NCBI GenBank assembly: GCA_049317145.1
Contig: JBMOIW010000003.1
Location: 1 to 59,503, forward strand
Length of the DNA: 59,503 nt
Source of the DNA: Acidimicrobiia bacterium
Lineage (GTDB): Bacteria > Actinomycetota > Acidimicrobiia > IMCC26256 > JBMOIW01
Direction of reading: 5' to 3'
Part shown: positions 37,009 through 46,957 of the stretch, piece after piece
Layout: every line of letters starts with the position of its first letter
How positions within the stretch are numbered: the stretch's first letter is position 1
Position numbers and translations under genes: made by a program
The notes under the pieces: model-generated
What the model saw: the letters and a program-made list of their open reading frames with translations, nothing else
What the model was told of the DNA's origin: nothing
Databases searched by the model: none

Positions 37009-38910
37009 GTGGCCTACGCGGCGAAGGACATCACGGTACTCAAGGGCCTCGAGCCGGTTCGAGAGCGCCCCGGTATGTACATCGGTTCGACGGGCCCATC
37101 GGGTCTGCATCACCTCGTCTACGAGGTCGTCGACAACTCGGTTGACGAGGCAATGGCGGGGCACTGCACGCGCATCGACGTGACACTGTTGGCCGACGGC
37201 GGTTGTCGCGTTGTCGACAACGGTCGCGGCATTCCCGTTGACCTCCACCCCGAATACAAAAACAAGTCCGCGGCTGAGGTAGTGCTCACCGTGTTGCACG
37301 CGGGCGGCAAGTTCGGCGGCGAGGGTTACAAGATCTCCGGTGGTTTGCACGGCGTCGGTGTTTCGGTCGTGAACGCGTTGAGTACGCGACTTGATCTCGA
37401 GATTCATCGCGACGGCGGCAAGCACCAAATGCATTTCGCCAAGGGCGGCAATCCGCAGGGCAAGCTCGAGCGGGTTGGCGACTCCAAGCGCACCGGGACC
37501 ACCGTCACGTTCTGGCCGGACCCCACGATCTTCGAAGAAACCGAGTTTCGGGCGCAGACCCTCATTGAGCGGCTGCGCGAGATGGCGTTCCTCAACAAGG
37601 GTCTTGAGATTCGCTTCACCGACGAGCGCCCCGAGCCGGCCATCGAGCACACGTTCAGGTTCGCCGGTGGCATCACCGACTTCGTGAAGCACCTCAACGC
37701 GTCCAAAGAACCGATCTTTAAAAAGGTCGCGGCCTTCGAAGATGCCGCAGAGGCCGGCGAAGTCGACATTGCAATGCAGTGGAACTCTGGGTACTACGAG
37801 AGCATCCATTCGTTTGCGAACAACATCGCTACCACCGAAGGCGGGATGCACGAAGAGGGCTTCAAGAAAGCCATCACGAACGTGCTCAACAAATACGCGC
37901 GTGCCAAAGGGTTACTCAAAGAAAAAGACGACAACCTGCTCGGCGAAGACATTCGCGAAGGGCTCACCGCGATTATTTCGGTGAAGTTGCGCAATCCGCA
38001 GTTCGAAGGGCAAACCAAAGCGAAGCTCGGCAACACCGAAATGCGTTCGCTGGTCGAAAAAGTCACGAACGACAAGTTCGCTGACTGGCTCGATAATCAC
38101 CCCTCCGAAGGGCGGCAGATCATCCAAAAGGCCACCCAGGCCGCCCGAGCCCGCATGGCGGCTCGTCAGGCCCGGGACCTCACCCGCCGTAAGTCACTTC
38201 TCGACTCAGCGTCTATGCCCGGCAAGCTCGCGGATTGTTCCTCCAACGATCCCGAGCGGTGCGAGTTGTTCATCGTCGAAGGCGACTCCGCCGGTGGTTC
38301 CGCTAAGCAGGCGCGCGACCGCGACTTTCAGGCGATCCTGCCCATCCGCGGCAAGATCCTCAACGTCGAGCGTGCCCGCGTCGACAAGATGCTCAAGAAC
38401 GAAGAGGTGCAGGCACTCATCACGGCAATTGGTGCGGGCCTGGGCGACGAGTTCGATGCCGAAAAGATCCGGTATCGCAAAGTGTGTTTGCTCACCGACG
38501 CCGATGTCGACGGCTCACACATTCGCACGTTGCTGCTCACGTTCTTTTATCGCCAGATGCCCGAGCTCGTCCGCTCGGGATGCGTGTACATCACGCAACC
38601 GCCGTTGTATTCCGCGGTCCTTGGCAAAGAGAAGACGTACTTGCGCGACGACGCAGCGCTTAACGAGTTCTTGGCTCGTCACGAAGGGCGCAAGCCCGAA
38701 ATCAGCCGCTTTAAGGGCCTCGGAGAAATGAACTACGAGGAACTGTGGCAGACGACGATGGACCCGGCGCAGCGCACGCTGTTGCAGATCAGTGTCGAAG
38801 ACGCGGCAATCGCCGACGACATTTTCTCGCGGCTCATGGGCGACGACGTCGATGCGCGCCGCGAATTCATCCAAACGAACGCCAAAGACGTGCGTTTCCT
38901 CGATATCTAA
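37009..38910 (+). CDS. gyrB: DNA gyrase subunit B
   Basis: LEPVRERPGMYIGST, GLHHLVYEVVDNSVDEA, EGDSAGG, PLRGKILNVE and DADVDGSHI motifs. Confidence 0.95.
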   Translation: MAYAAKDITVLKGLEPVRERPGMYIGSTGPSGLHHLVYEVVDNSVDEAMAGHCTRIDVTLLADGGCRVVDNGRGIPVDLHPEYKNKSAAEVVLTVLHAGGKFGGEGYKISGGLHGVGVSVVNALSTRLDLEIHRDGGKHQMHFAKGGNPQGKLERVGDSKRTGTTVTFWPDPTIFEETEFRAQTLIERLREMAFLNKGLEIRFTDERPEPAIEHTFRFAGGITDFVKHLNASKEPIFKKVAAFEDAAEAGEVDIAMQWNSGYYESIHSFANNIATTEGGMHEEGFKKAITNVLNKYARAKGLLKEKDDNLLGEDIREGLTAIISVKLRNPQFEGQTKAKLGNTEMRSLVEKVTNDKFADWLDNHPSEGRQIIQKATQAARARMAARQARDLTRRKSLLDSASMPGKLADCSSNDPERCELFIVEGDSAGGSAKQARDRDFQAILPIRGKILNVERARVDKMLKNEEVQALITAIGAGLGDEFDAEKIRYRKVCLLTDADVDGSHIRTLLLTFFYRQMPELVRSGCVYITQPPLYSAVLGKEKTYLRDDAALNEFLARHEGRKPEISRFKGLGEMNYEELWQTTMDPAQRTLLQISVEDAAIADDIFSRLMGDDVDARREFIQTNAKDVRFLDI

Positions 38911-38934
38911 CGGGTGTAAAGGGATTCAGTCACC

Positions 38935-41397
38935 ATGCCGGACGGTCAACAAACGCTCGGAAACGTCGAACCGATCGAGATCCAAGAGGAGATGGAACGC
39001 TCCTTCCTTGATTACGCGATGTCGGTCATCGTGTCGCGTGCGCTGCCCGATGCGCGCGACGGACTCAAGCCCGTACACCGCCGCATCTTGTACGGCATGT
39101 ACGACCGCGGTTTGCGTCCGGAGCGTCCGTACACCAAGTGTGCGCAGGTGGTTGGGCACGTCATGGGCAACTACCACCCGCACGGTGACTCTGCGATTTA
39201 TGACGCGTTGGCCCGCATGGCGCAGAACTTCTCGTTGCGGTACCCACTCGTGGACGGCCACGGAAACTTCGGTTCGCCCGACCCCAACGACCGGCCGGCC
39301 GCCATGCGGTACACCGAATCGCGCCTGGCGCCGCTCGCGATGCAGATGTTGGCAGGCATCGACGAAGACACGGTCGATTTCCTCGACACCTACGACGGGC
39401 GTACGCAAGAGCCCGAGGTGCTGCCGTCTCGATTCCCAAACCTGCTCGTCAACGGCGGTGGCGGCATCGCCGTGGGAATGGCGACCAACATTCCGCCCCA
39501 CAATTTGCGCGAAGTCATCGACGCCACCACGCACCTGATCGACAACCCGCAGGCCACCGCCGACGATCTCATGCAGTTTGTGCAGGGCCCGGACTTCCCG
39601 ACCGGCGCGCTCATCTTGGGCAAGGCCGGGATGATGGACGCCTATCGCACGGGGCGGGGCTCGATCCGGATGCGGGCCGTGGCCGAGATCACCGAAGGCA
39701 AGCGCGGTCAGCAGATCGTCGTCACCGAAGTTCCCTACCAAACCTCGGTCGAAGCAATTGGGTCAAAGATCGCCGAGTTGGTCGGGGAACGCAAGATCGA
39801 AGGCATTCGGGACGTTCGTAACGAGTCGTCGCGCCAGGGCTTGCGCCTCGTCATCGAACTCAAGCGCGACGCCAACGCGCAGGTCGTACTCAACCAGCTC
39901 TATAAGCACACGACGATGCAATCGACCTTTGGTGTGATCATGCTCGCGCTCGTTGACGGAGCACCCAAGGTGCTCAACCTCGCCGAAGCACTCACCGTGT
40001 ATATCAAGCATCAAGTCGTGGTGGTGACGCGGCGCACGCAGTACCGCTTACGCAAAGCCGAAGATCGGGCCCACATCGTTGAGGGTCTGATTCGCGCGCT
40101 CGACATGATCGATGCGGTGATCGAGCTCATTCGCGGCTCGGCCGACACCGATGCGGCGCGTGCGGGCTTGATGGCAGCGCCGTTCAGCTTTACCGAAATT
40201 CAGGCGAACCACATTCTTGACATGCCGTTGCGCCGACTCGCGCAACTCGAGACCCAAAAGTTGCGTGACGAATTCGCCGAGTTGCAGGAAACAATCGCCG
40301 AGCTCAAGTCCATCCTCGCCGACGACGCCAAGCTGCGCACGGTTATCAAGACGGAGCTCGCCGAAGTGCGCGAGAAGTTCGGCGACGAGCGCCGCACCAA
40401 CGTCACGTTCGACTCCGGCGAAATCGACGTGCTGGATCTCATCGAAGACGAAGAAGTTGTCGTTGTGCTCTCTAAGGCCGGCTACATCAAGACCGTGTCC
40501 GCCGATGCGTTCCGCACGCAGGGCCGCGGCGGCCGTGGAGTTGCGGGCACCAAGCTTAAAGACGAGGACTACGTCGCTCACCTGCTCACCACGACTGCCC
40601 ACGCGTACCTGCTGTTCTTCTCGAACCGCGGGCGCGTGTATCGCTTACGGGGGCACGAAATCCCCATGAAAGAACGCACCGCACGCGGGCTTGCCATCGT
40701 GAACCTGTTGCCGTTGCAACCCGACGAAACCGTGCAGGCGATCATCGATACGCGCACCTATGAAGATGGCGCGTATCTGTTCTTCGCGACCCGCGGCGGC
40801 ACGGTGAAAAAAACCAAGATGAGTGAGTACGACTCGTCGTTGCGCAGTGGCCTCATCGCTATCAACCTCAACGAGGGCGACGAACTCGTGAAGGTTGTCC
40901 AGACCAATGGCAGCGAAGACATCTTCATGGTGTCGCGTCAAGGCATGACGATCCGCTTCTCCGAAGACGACGTGCGGGCTATGGGCCGAGCGACGGCCGG
41001 AGTGCGGGGCATGAAGCTCAAGAATGCCGAGGACGGTGTCGTGGGCTGCGATGTGGCCCGGGATGAGCCGGTGATGTTGTTCGTGTCGAGCAGTGGGCAC
41101 GGTAAGCGCACCAAACTCGACAAGTTCAACCAGCAAGGACGCGGCGGTCAGGGCGTACGGGGTATGAAGCTTCCCGCCGCCCGCGGCGAGGTCGTGGCGG
41201 CATTTGTGGTGGGTCCCGAAGATGAAATCCTGGTGTTTTCCTCGGGAGACAAGATCGTGCGGATGGCCGTCAGCGAAATTTCTTCGCAGGGCCGAGACGC
41301 CACCGGGGTGCGCTTGGCCCGGCTCGACGACGGCGAGTCCATCGTGGCGGTTGCGCCGGTGCTCGGTGAAGAGACGGGTGCTGGAGCGATGGCGTGA
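38935..41397 (+). CDS. gyrA: DNA gyrase subunit A
   Basis: [18 protein letters not shown], active-site AAMRYTE, and GyrA-box/beta-pinwheel repeats in the C-terminal domain. Confidence 0.95.
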   Translation: MPDGQQTLGNVEPIEIQEEMERSFLDYAMSVIVSRALPDARDGLKPVHRRILYGMYDRGLRPERPYTKCAQVVGHVMGNYHPHGDSAIYDALARMAQNFSLRYPLVDGHGNFGSPDPNDRPAAMRYTESRLAPLAMQMLAGIDEDTVDFLDTYDGRTQEPEVLPSRFPNLLVNGGGGIAVGMATNIPPHNLREVIDATTHLIDNPQATADDLMQFVQGPDFPTGALILGKAGMMDAYRTGRGSIRMRAVAEITEGKRGQQIVVTEVPYQTSVEAIGSKIAELVGERKIEGIRDVRNESSRQGLRLVIELKRDANAQVVLNQLYKHTTMQSTFGVIMLALVDGAPKVLNLAEALTVYIKHQVVVVTRRTQYRLRKAEDRAHIVEGLIRALDMIDAVIELIRGSADTDAARAGLMAAPFSFTEIQANHILDMPLRRLAQLETQKLRDEFAELQETIAELKSILADDAKLRTVIKTELAEVREKFGDERRTNVTFDSGEIDVLDLIEDEEVVVVLSKAGYIKTVSADAFRTQGRGGRGVAGTKLKDEDYVAHLLTTTAHAYLLFFSNRGRVYRLRGHEIPMKERTARGLAIVNLLPLQPDETVQAIIDTRTYEDGAYLFFATRGGTVKKTKMSEYDSSLRSGLIAINLNEGDELVKVVQTNGSEDIFMVSRQGMTIRFSEDDVRAMGRATAGVRGMKLKNAEDGVVGCDVARDEPVMLFVSSSGHGKRTKLDKFNQQGRGGQGVRGMKLPAARGEVVAAFVVGPEDEILVFSSGDKIVRMAVSEISSQGRDATGVRLARLDDGESIVAVAPVLGEETGAGAMA

Positions 41398-41846
41398 GTA
41401 AGACCATCGAGCCCGAACAGCCGGAAGTCGAGGCCGTCAAGAAGGTCACGCGCCGTCAGCGTAAGCAAGAGGCAATGGCGCGTGACTCCAACACGACGCG
41501 ACAAATGATCAAGAAGTTCGATCTGTGGTCCGTGCTAAAGGTCTCGCTATGTTTCCACTTGTGCGGCATGTTCACCACATTGGTGGCATTCGTCGCGTTG
41601 TGGTTGTTGGCCGATGCTCTTGGTGCGATCAATAAGGTGAACGACTTCGTCGGACAGCTCATTTCCACGAGCAACTTCCGACTGGTGACGGGCGAGCTGA
41701 TCTTTGGACTGCTGCTCATCGGGCTCGTGCTCGTGGCGCTGTTTACGATCGTCACCACGCTGGCGGCCGCGTTCTACAACCTGTTCGCCGACGTCGTGGG
41801 CGGCGTCGAAATCGTCGTTGTTGATGACGACGCATCGGCGGAATAG
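41394..41846 (+). CDS. DUF3566-like transmembrane protein (Rv0007 position)
   Basis: GTGA overlap with gyr[32 protein letters not shown] plus a second TM helix. Basic N-terminus. Confidence 0.7.
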   Translation: MSKTIEPEQPEVEAVKKVTRRQRKQEAMARDSNTTRQMIKKFDLWSVLKVSLCFHLCGMFTTLVAFVALWLLADALGAINKVNDFVGQLISTSNFRLVTGELIFGLLLIGLVLVALFTIVTTLAAAFYNLFADVVGGVEIVVVDDDASAE

Positions 41847-41908
41847 CCCGGGCCGAGGGCCTCTGGGCGGGCCCAGCGCTCCCTTTGCTAACCTGCGGCT
41901 TCGCTTTT

Positions 41909-41982
41909 GGGGCTATAGCTCAGTCGGTTAGAGCGCATCCCTGATAAGGATGAGGTCACAAGTTCGATTCTTGTTAGCCCCA
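41909..41982 (+). tRNA. tRNA-Ile (anticodon GAT), CCA not encoded
   Basis: Cloverleaf folded by hand: acceptor GGGGCTA/TAGCCCC, D arm GCTC/GAGC, anticodon arm CATCC-CTGATAA-GGATG, T arm ACAAG-TTCGATT-CTTGT, discriminator A followed by CCC. Confidence 0.9.
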
Positions 41983-41987
41983 CCCCA

Positions 41988-42019
41988 CGCCCCCGCCCTC
42001 GGCGGGGGCGTTGTTGTTT
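41988..42019 (+). terminator. rho-independent terminator after tRNA-Ile
   Basis: CGCCCCCGCC-CTC-GGCGGGGGCG (10-bp perfect stem) followed by TTGTTGTTT. Confidence 0.7.
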
Positions 42020-42113
42020 CCATACGGACCGATCGTGCGTCCGCCACTCGCGCGACGCGATGGTGCGAATCTCGATGCCGTGTTCACCGGGACGTTTAGG
42101 AGCCCAGCACCGT

Positions 42114-42560
42114 TTACAACCCCCGAGCGTCGCTTGCATTGCGTTGCGCGTGACTCCGCACGCGAACCGGTGCGGACACTCCGTCGGCGGCCAGCACTTG
42201 GAGCCAGTGCACCGGAACATTGGCTGGCATGAGCTCGGCAACGGAGTGGTGATGAAACATGCGGGCCCAACTGGCGCGATCCAAACCGTCCGACTCCGAG
42301 TGAATCCATAGACCGCCAACCGCTGTTTGGAACGATCCGTGCCGTTGTGTTGCGACGGTGCCTTCCCAAGCAATTTCGCGGCCGAGGCCATCGCGAAACA
42401 CGCGAAGGTGGTCGCCATCACCAAGAAAGTGCAGGCCGTCATGGGACCATCCCCCGTAGGCAACCGTGTCGTCAATGAATCGTTCCCATTGAAATGACCA
42501 CGATCCTCCACCGCCTTGGGCCAAGTAGAAATCTAAACGACCAAGGAATCGAATACTCAT
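42114..42560 (-). CDS. hypothetical protein
   Basis: 148-aa ORF rich in W/G/H. No family recognised. Confidence 0.4.
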   Translation of the reverse strand: MSIRFLGRLDFYLAQGGGGSWSFQWERFIDDTVAYGGWSHDGLHFLGDGDHLRVFRDGLGREIAWEGTVATQRHGSFQTAVGGLWIHSESDGLDRASWARMFHHHSVAELMPANVPVHWLQVLAADGVSAPVRVRSHAQRNASDARGL

Positions 42561-42696
42561 AGGTCCTCCTGGTTTCGCATCACGGAAATGGGAACACGTG
42601 CGAATGACGATCCCAATGCGGCGAGTCCATCGACGTGTTCGTATGGAACGCTCACCCTACGAGGGTATTTCGCGAGCGCCAAGGACTTCTCGCGAA

Positions 42697-43425
42697 TCAC
42701 GCAAAACAATCGCGGAGAAACCGTTGCGTGTAGGAACACAGTTCTGCGACGTTGCCATCGCAGCCAAATGTGTGATTGGACATTGCGATTGCGAGGTCAC
42801 CGCGGCAGTCCGGAGCGGCAGCTGCATAGCGTGCACTCGACTGCGCGCGGTGGGGTTCGGTGGTGGAGTGCAGCAAGAACACGGGGCACGCGACCATCCT
42901 GATCAGCGCATCGCAATCCAACGCTTGAGCTTCGGCGACAAATGCAGGGGAGATTTCTGTTGCGGGCGAGTCCACAAACGTGAGGCTGCCATCGCGCTGT
43001 CGGCATAACTCGTCCAGCCAACCGAAATGCGCGTGATGACTGGCGTCCCAACCAACAAGGGCATCGAGTGGTTCGCGCATCAGTGTTGCGGCGACCATGC
43101 CAAAGCTGTGGGCGACCACGACTACCGGTCGGCCGGGATTGTTGGCGCGCAGGGTGTGCGCTACTGCATCGAGGTCTTCGCCATGGCGGGTAGGGGTGGT
43201 GGCAGCGAACCCGCGAGAATCCTCAGCGTCGGCGTAGAAGTTGCAGCGATACGTCGCGTTGCCCTGCGAAGCGAGGAGCTGCGCGGCGTGCACGATGAGC
43301 GGTTCGTCCATGGAGCTCAACAATCCGTGGGCAAACACCACGATTGGCCCGGCGCTCCCCGGATGCCAGTACCCGTGGGCAGTGCACCCATCGCGGAGTG
43401 GAATTCGTAACGGAATTTCGTTCAT
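42697..43425 (-). CDS. alpha/beta-fold hydrolase
   Basis: PIVVFAHGLLSS (oxyanion region) and nucleophile elbow VVVVAHSFGMV. ATG 43425 chosen (MNEIPL...). Confidence 0.6.
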   Translation of the reverse strand: MNEIPLRIPLRDGCTAHGYWHPGSAGPIVVFAHGLLSSMDEPLIVHAAQLLASQGNATYRCNFYADAEDSRGFAATTPTRHGEDLDAVAHTLRANNPGRPVVVVAHSFGMVAATLMREPLDALVGWDASHHAHFGWLDELCRQRDGSLTFVDSPATEISPAFVAEAQALDCDALIRMVACPVFLLHSTTEPHRAQSSARYAAAAPDCRGDLAIAMSNHTFGCDGNVAELCSYTQRFLRDCFA

Positions 43426-43534
43426 GACGCAGTGGTGTCTCCTCAACCTCACCCTACGGGACCGGCCTCGGTTGCCCGAGCATCTCCGAGCGAGGACTTG
43501 TCAGGACCGGTCGCGATGTTCGTAGCATGCGTTC

Positions 43535-44164
43535 ATGTCGTTGTCCTCACGTCCGCAATCAGACCTCGAGCGCCAGACTCGATTCTCCACGGCACCCGCG
43601 CAGCTCATGGAATGCTGTCCGTTGGCGTTAGCGTCGGATGATTATCACGCGCTGCGAAACCTCACGCTGAATCCGTACACTCCGGACCCTGCGCTCCGTC
43701 CCTTGCTGGCGCGCCCGGAGGTCCGGTTGCATCGCAACATTGCGGAGCACCCCAACGCGTCGGGTGAGACTCTCGATCACCTTGCGCTCGGGATCGGTGT
43801 CCCAAATCGCGCAAAGCACACCGTTGTCTGGCTTCAGGTCGAGTGCACGTTGGCCCACCGCCCCGATCTTCCGCAGCTGGCGCGCAAACACCTTTTAGCG
43901 AGTACCTCCATCGCCACTCGGATAGCACTGGCGCAGCGTCCCGATCTCGACGACGCGGACCTAGTGCAACTCAGCCACGATGAGCGCCGCGAAGTGCGCC
44001 GCGCAGTCGCGCTCGTGTTGTCCCGTGTGCCGGCGCGCCGACCCGAGCTGCTCGTCGCGCTGCGCAGCGATCCAGATCATGCTGTGCGCGAGCATGCGTA
44101 TGGCCGGGTTTTCCCGAAAGCGCCGCAGCCTCCCGTGCTCGGCGTGTCCCCGCTTACTCGTTGA
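43535..44164 (+). CDS. leucine-rich-repeat-variant (LRV)/HEAT-like repeat protein
   Basis: Repeating units of the type L(A)xxP(D/N)Lxxxxl..L..D....VR..vA (e.g. IALAQRPDLDDADLVQLSHDERREVRRAVALVLS; LRSDPDHAVREHA). Confidence 0.5.
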   Translation: MSLSSRPQSDLERQTRFSTAPAQLMECCPLALASDDYHALRNLTLNPYTPDPALRPLLARPEVRLHRNIAEHPNASGETLDHLALGIGVPNRAKHTVVWLQVECTLAHRPDLPQLARKHLLASTSIATRIALAQRPDLDDADLVQLSHDERREVRRAVALVLSRVPARRPELLVALRSDPDHAVREHAYGRVFPKAPQPPVLGVSPLTR

Positions 44165-44289
44165 GACATCCCGGCGGGGATTAGGACCAGGAATCCCGGT
44201 TTGATTGCGGGCTCTGCGCCGCTTGTTCCCTACCGGCGTTTAACGGGTTTCTCACCCGGTTTTCACCATCGTGCCCGACACTGGTTCGT

Positions 44290-45597
44290 ATGGATACCGC
44301 GAGCACCGATGTTGCAATGCTGTTGCGCCGAACGGGTTTTGCTCCGACAGCGGCCGAGCGTGCTGTTGCCAGCAGTGCCGGCTTCATCCCCACCGCACGA
44401 GCACGCGTGGCGCAGGCCCGTACAACAATCGATGCCGCCGATTCGCTCGCGCCCCCAACGTTTGCCCCATTCACGCCTCTCGACCGCAGTGCTGACGAAG
44501 CGTCCCGCCGACAAGCGCTCGCAAAACGGCTGGCGACTGATCGGCGGGAGAATATTGCGCTGGCGCACTGGTGGTGTAACCGCATGGCGCAGAGCACCAA
44601 CTCGTTACGCGAGAAGGCAACGTTTATCGCGCACGATCATTTCGCCACGTCGGTCGAAACAGTGAAGTCCGCCAAGTTGATGTACGACCAGAATCAACTG
44701 TTGCGCACCTATGCGCTCGGTGATTTCGCGGAGCTCATGCGGCGGCTGGTATCGGATGCGGCCATGTTGGTGTGGCTCGATGGTGACAGCAATGTGGCAC
44801 AACGCCCCAATGAGAACTTTGCGCGCGAGTTCTTTGAGCTGTTTACGCTCGGTATTGGGCACTACACCGAAACGGATGTCAAAGAAGCGGCCCGAGCATT
44901 CACCGGGTGGTCGTACACGTTGCGCACTCAACACGTGGCGTTCGTGGCGCGTCGTCACGACAACAAGACCAAGACCGTATTGGGAAAAAGCGGCAACTTC
45001 GGGAGCGATGACATCGTGCGCATTGCGATGACCGACGCAACGGCCCGCAACGTCGCTGCGCATTGGTGGAGTCGGCTCGCGTACCCCGTCACTATCGATG
45101 ATTCGGTGGTGAACGACGTCGCCGCGCGTTTTGCGCAGCGGCTTGATATCGGCGATCTCGTCGAAGCGATTCTGCTTCATGACGCGTTTCGAAGCGACGC
45201 GGCACGTACCGGATTACTCAAGACACCGCTTGAATATGTGATCGGAACAATGCGCCTGTTCAACCTGACTGCTGAGAAAGCAGATGCGTTACGCACATTG
45301 GAGAGCCTGGGCCAGCTGCCGTTTCGCCCGCCGAGCGTGGGCGGTTGGCCCGGAAACGAAGGTTGGTGTTCGGCCGCCGCCGCACTGACCCGTGCCCAGT
45401 TTGCGGCGCGGGTGGTCCGCAGTGCGGACCTGCGTTCGCTCAGCGGGCGCAGTACCAATGAGCGCGTGGATGCGCTCGCCGAGTTACTGGGCGTGGTCTG
45501 GTCCGAAGGTACGGCCGCAACGTTGCATGCGCACGCGGGCGATGTCTCCACTCTTGCGGCGCTGGCGTTGGTCGCCCCGGAATATCAGGTGAATTAG
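44290..45597 (+). CDS. DUF1800-family protein
   Basis: NENFAREFFELFTLGIGHYTETDVKEAARAFTGWSY matches the DUF1800 hallmark. Immediately followed by a DUF1501 gene, the usual pairing. Confidence 0.75.
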   Translation: MDTASTDVAMLLRRTGFAPTAAERAVASSAGFIPTARARVAQARTTIDAADSLAPPTFAPFTPLDRSADEASRRQALAKRLATDRRENIALAHWWCNRMAQSTNSLREKATFIAHDHFATSVETVKSAKLMYDQNQLLRTYALGDFAELMRRLVSDAAMLVWLDGDSNVAQRPNENFAREFFELFTLGIGHYTETDVKEAARAFTGWSYTLRTQHVAFVARRHDNKTKTVLGKSGNFGSDDIVRIAMTDATARNVAAHWWSRLAYPVTIDDSVVNDVAARFAQRLDIGDLVEAILLHDAFRSDAARTGLLKTPLEYVIGTMRLFNLTAEKADALRTLESLGQLPFRPPSVGGWPGNEGWCSAAAALTRAQFAARVVRSADLRSLSGRSTNERVDALAELLGVVWSEGTAATLHAHAGDVSTLAALALVAPEYQVN

Positions 45598-46854
45598 ATG
45601 GAACAACTCAACCTCACACGTCGCCAAGTGGTACTCGGGCTCCTCGGCGTTGGTGCGCTTGGCGCGGTTGGTGGGGCGTTGCGCTGGCATCCCTGGGATA
45701 CGTTGCTGGATGCGGCTGCGCAGGCTGGCGCGTCGAGTGCCGGCGGAAACGCGCTTGTTGTCATTACCCTTGCGGGTGGGAACGATGGACTCAACACCGT
45801 TGTGCCCTACACCGACAGTGCCTATCTCGCAGTGCGTCAGGACATGCACTTCGGTCCCAACGAAGTACTTCCCCTTACCGATGGACTGGGTTTGCATCCT
45901 GAGCTCACGGGACTGAAGGCACTCTGGGATGCGGGTTCGCTCGCAATCATCAATGGCGTTGGATACCCGCAACCGAATCGCAGCCACTTCCGCTCGATGG
46001 ACATTTGGCAAAGCGGGGTGCCCGACCGTCAAGAAGCGACGGGCTGGCTTGGACGATGGCTCGATGCGCAAAGTCCGAGCCCGATGCACGCCGTATCGAT
46101 CGGAACACAAATTCCGTTGCTGCTTACGGGGTCCAAGCGGCGTCCGGCCGCAATTCCGGCAACGGGCGTTGCAATTCCGACGATGATTAATGAAGCGTAC
46201 GGAGAGCTGGGTGCGCCAGACACAACACGCGGTGCATGGGAAAACGTCTATCGGACGGCGATGCGCGATCTCGCTGCGATCCAACGCGACGTGCACAACG
46301 TCCTACCAGCGAACGTATCTAAGGGTGGCCCGGGAACAACGACGACCACGACGAACACGGGGGTAGCTGCCGGGCGGCGGGCCGGAAACCTGCGCGGGCA
46401 ACTCGACGCGGTGCGCGCGATGCTCGCCGCGAAAATTCCGACGTCCGTGTTTCATGTGATGCTCGGTGGGTTTGATACGCACGCTACCGAGAAAGACACG
46501 CACGCCAATCTCATGCGTGAATTTGGCGATGCGGTACAGACCTTTCTTGATCAGACGTATGCCCTCGGGCAGCCGGTGACGGTGGTCGCCTACTCGGAGT
46601 TTGGACGCCGGCTTGCCCTTAACGCGAGCAACGGTACGGACCACGGCACTGCCGCGCCGATGTTCGTGGCCGGTAATGGCGTGCGCAGTGGTCTGTACGG
46701 CGAATATCCGAGCTTGACCAGTCTCGATGACGGAGATTTGAAATACACGACCGACTTTCGGGCCGTCTTCGGGACGTTAGCTGCGCGCGTGTTGCACGTC
46801 GATCCTGCACAGGTGCTTACTGGGCCGCAACGCGATTTGGGATTTCTCCAATGA
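45598..46854 (+). CDS. DUF1501-family protein with Tat-type signal
   Basis: N-terminus LTRRQVVLGLLGVGALGAVGG (twin arginine). NGVGYPQPNRSHF, GGFDTHA and GTDHG motifs. Confidence 0.8.
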   Translation: MEQLNLTRRQVVLGLLGVGALGAVGGALRWHPWDTLLDAAAQAGASSAGGNALVVITLAGGNDGLNTVVPYTDSAYLAVRQDMHFGPNEVLPLTDGLGLHPELTGLKALWDAGSLAIINGVGYPQPNRSHFRSMDIWQSGVPDRQEATGWLGRWLDAQSPSPMHAVSIGTQIPLLLTGSKRRPAAIPATGVAIPTMINEAYGELGAPDTTRGAWENVYRTAMRDLAAIQRDVHNVLPANVSKGGPGTTTTTTNTGVAAGRRAGNLRGQLDAVRAMLAAKIPTSVFHVMLGGFDTHATEKDTHANLMREFGDAVQTFLDQTYALGQPVTVVAYSEFGRRLALNASNGTDHGTAAPMFVAGNGVRSGLYGEYPSLTSLDDGDLKYTTDFRAVFGTLAARVLHVDPAQVLTGPQRDLGFLQ

Positions 46855-46957
46855 GGCGTAGGTCGCGCGGTCCATTTCGTTCGTTTCGGCGCCGCCACCG
46901 CTCACGCGTGCGTCGCTGCGCTCCAGTTGGCGTATCCGAATGCCGAGGAGATCACCG

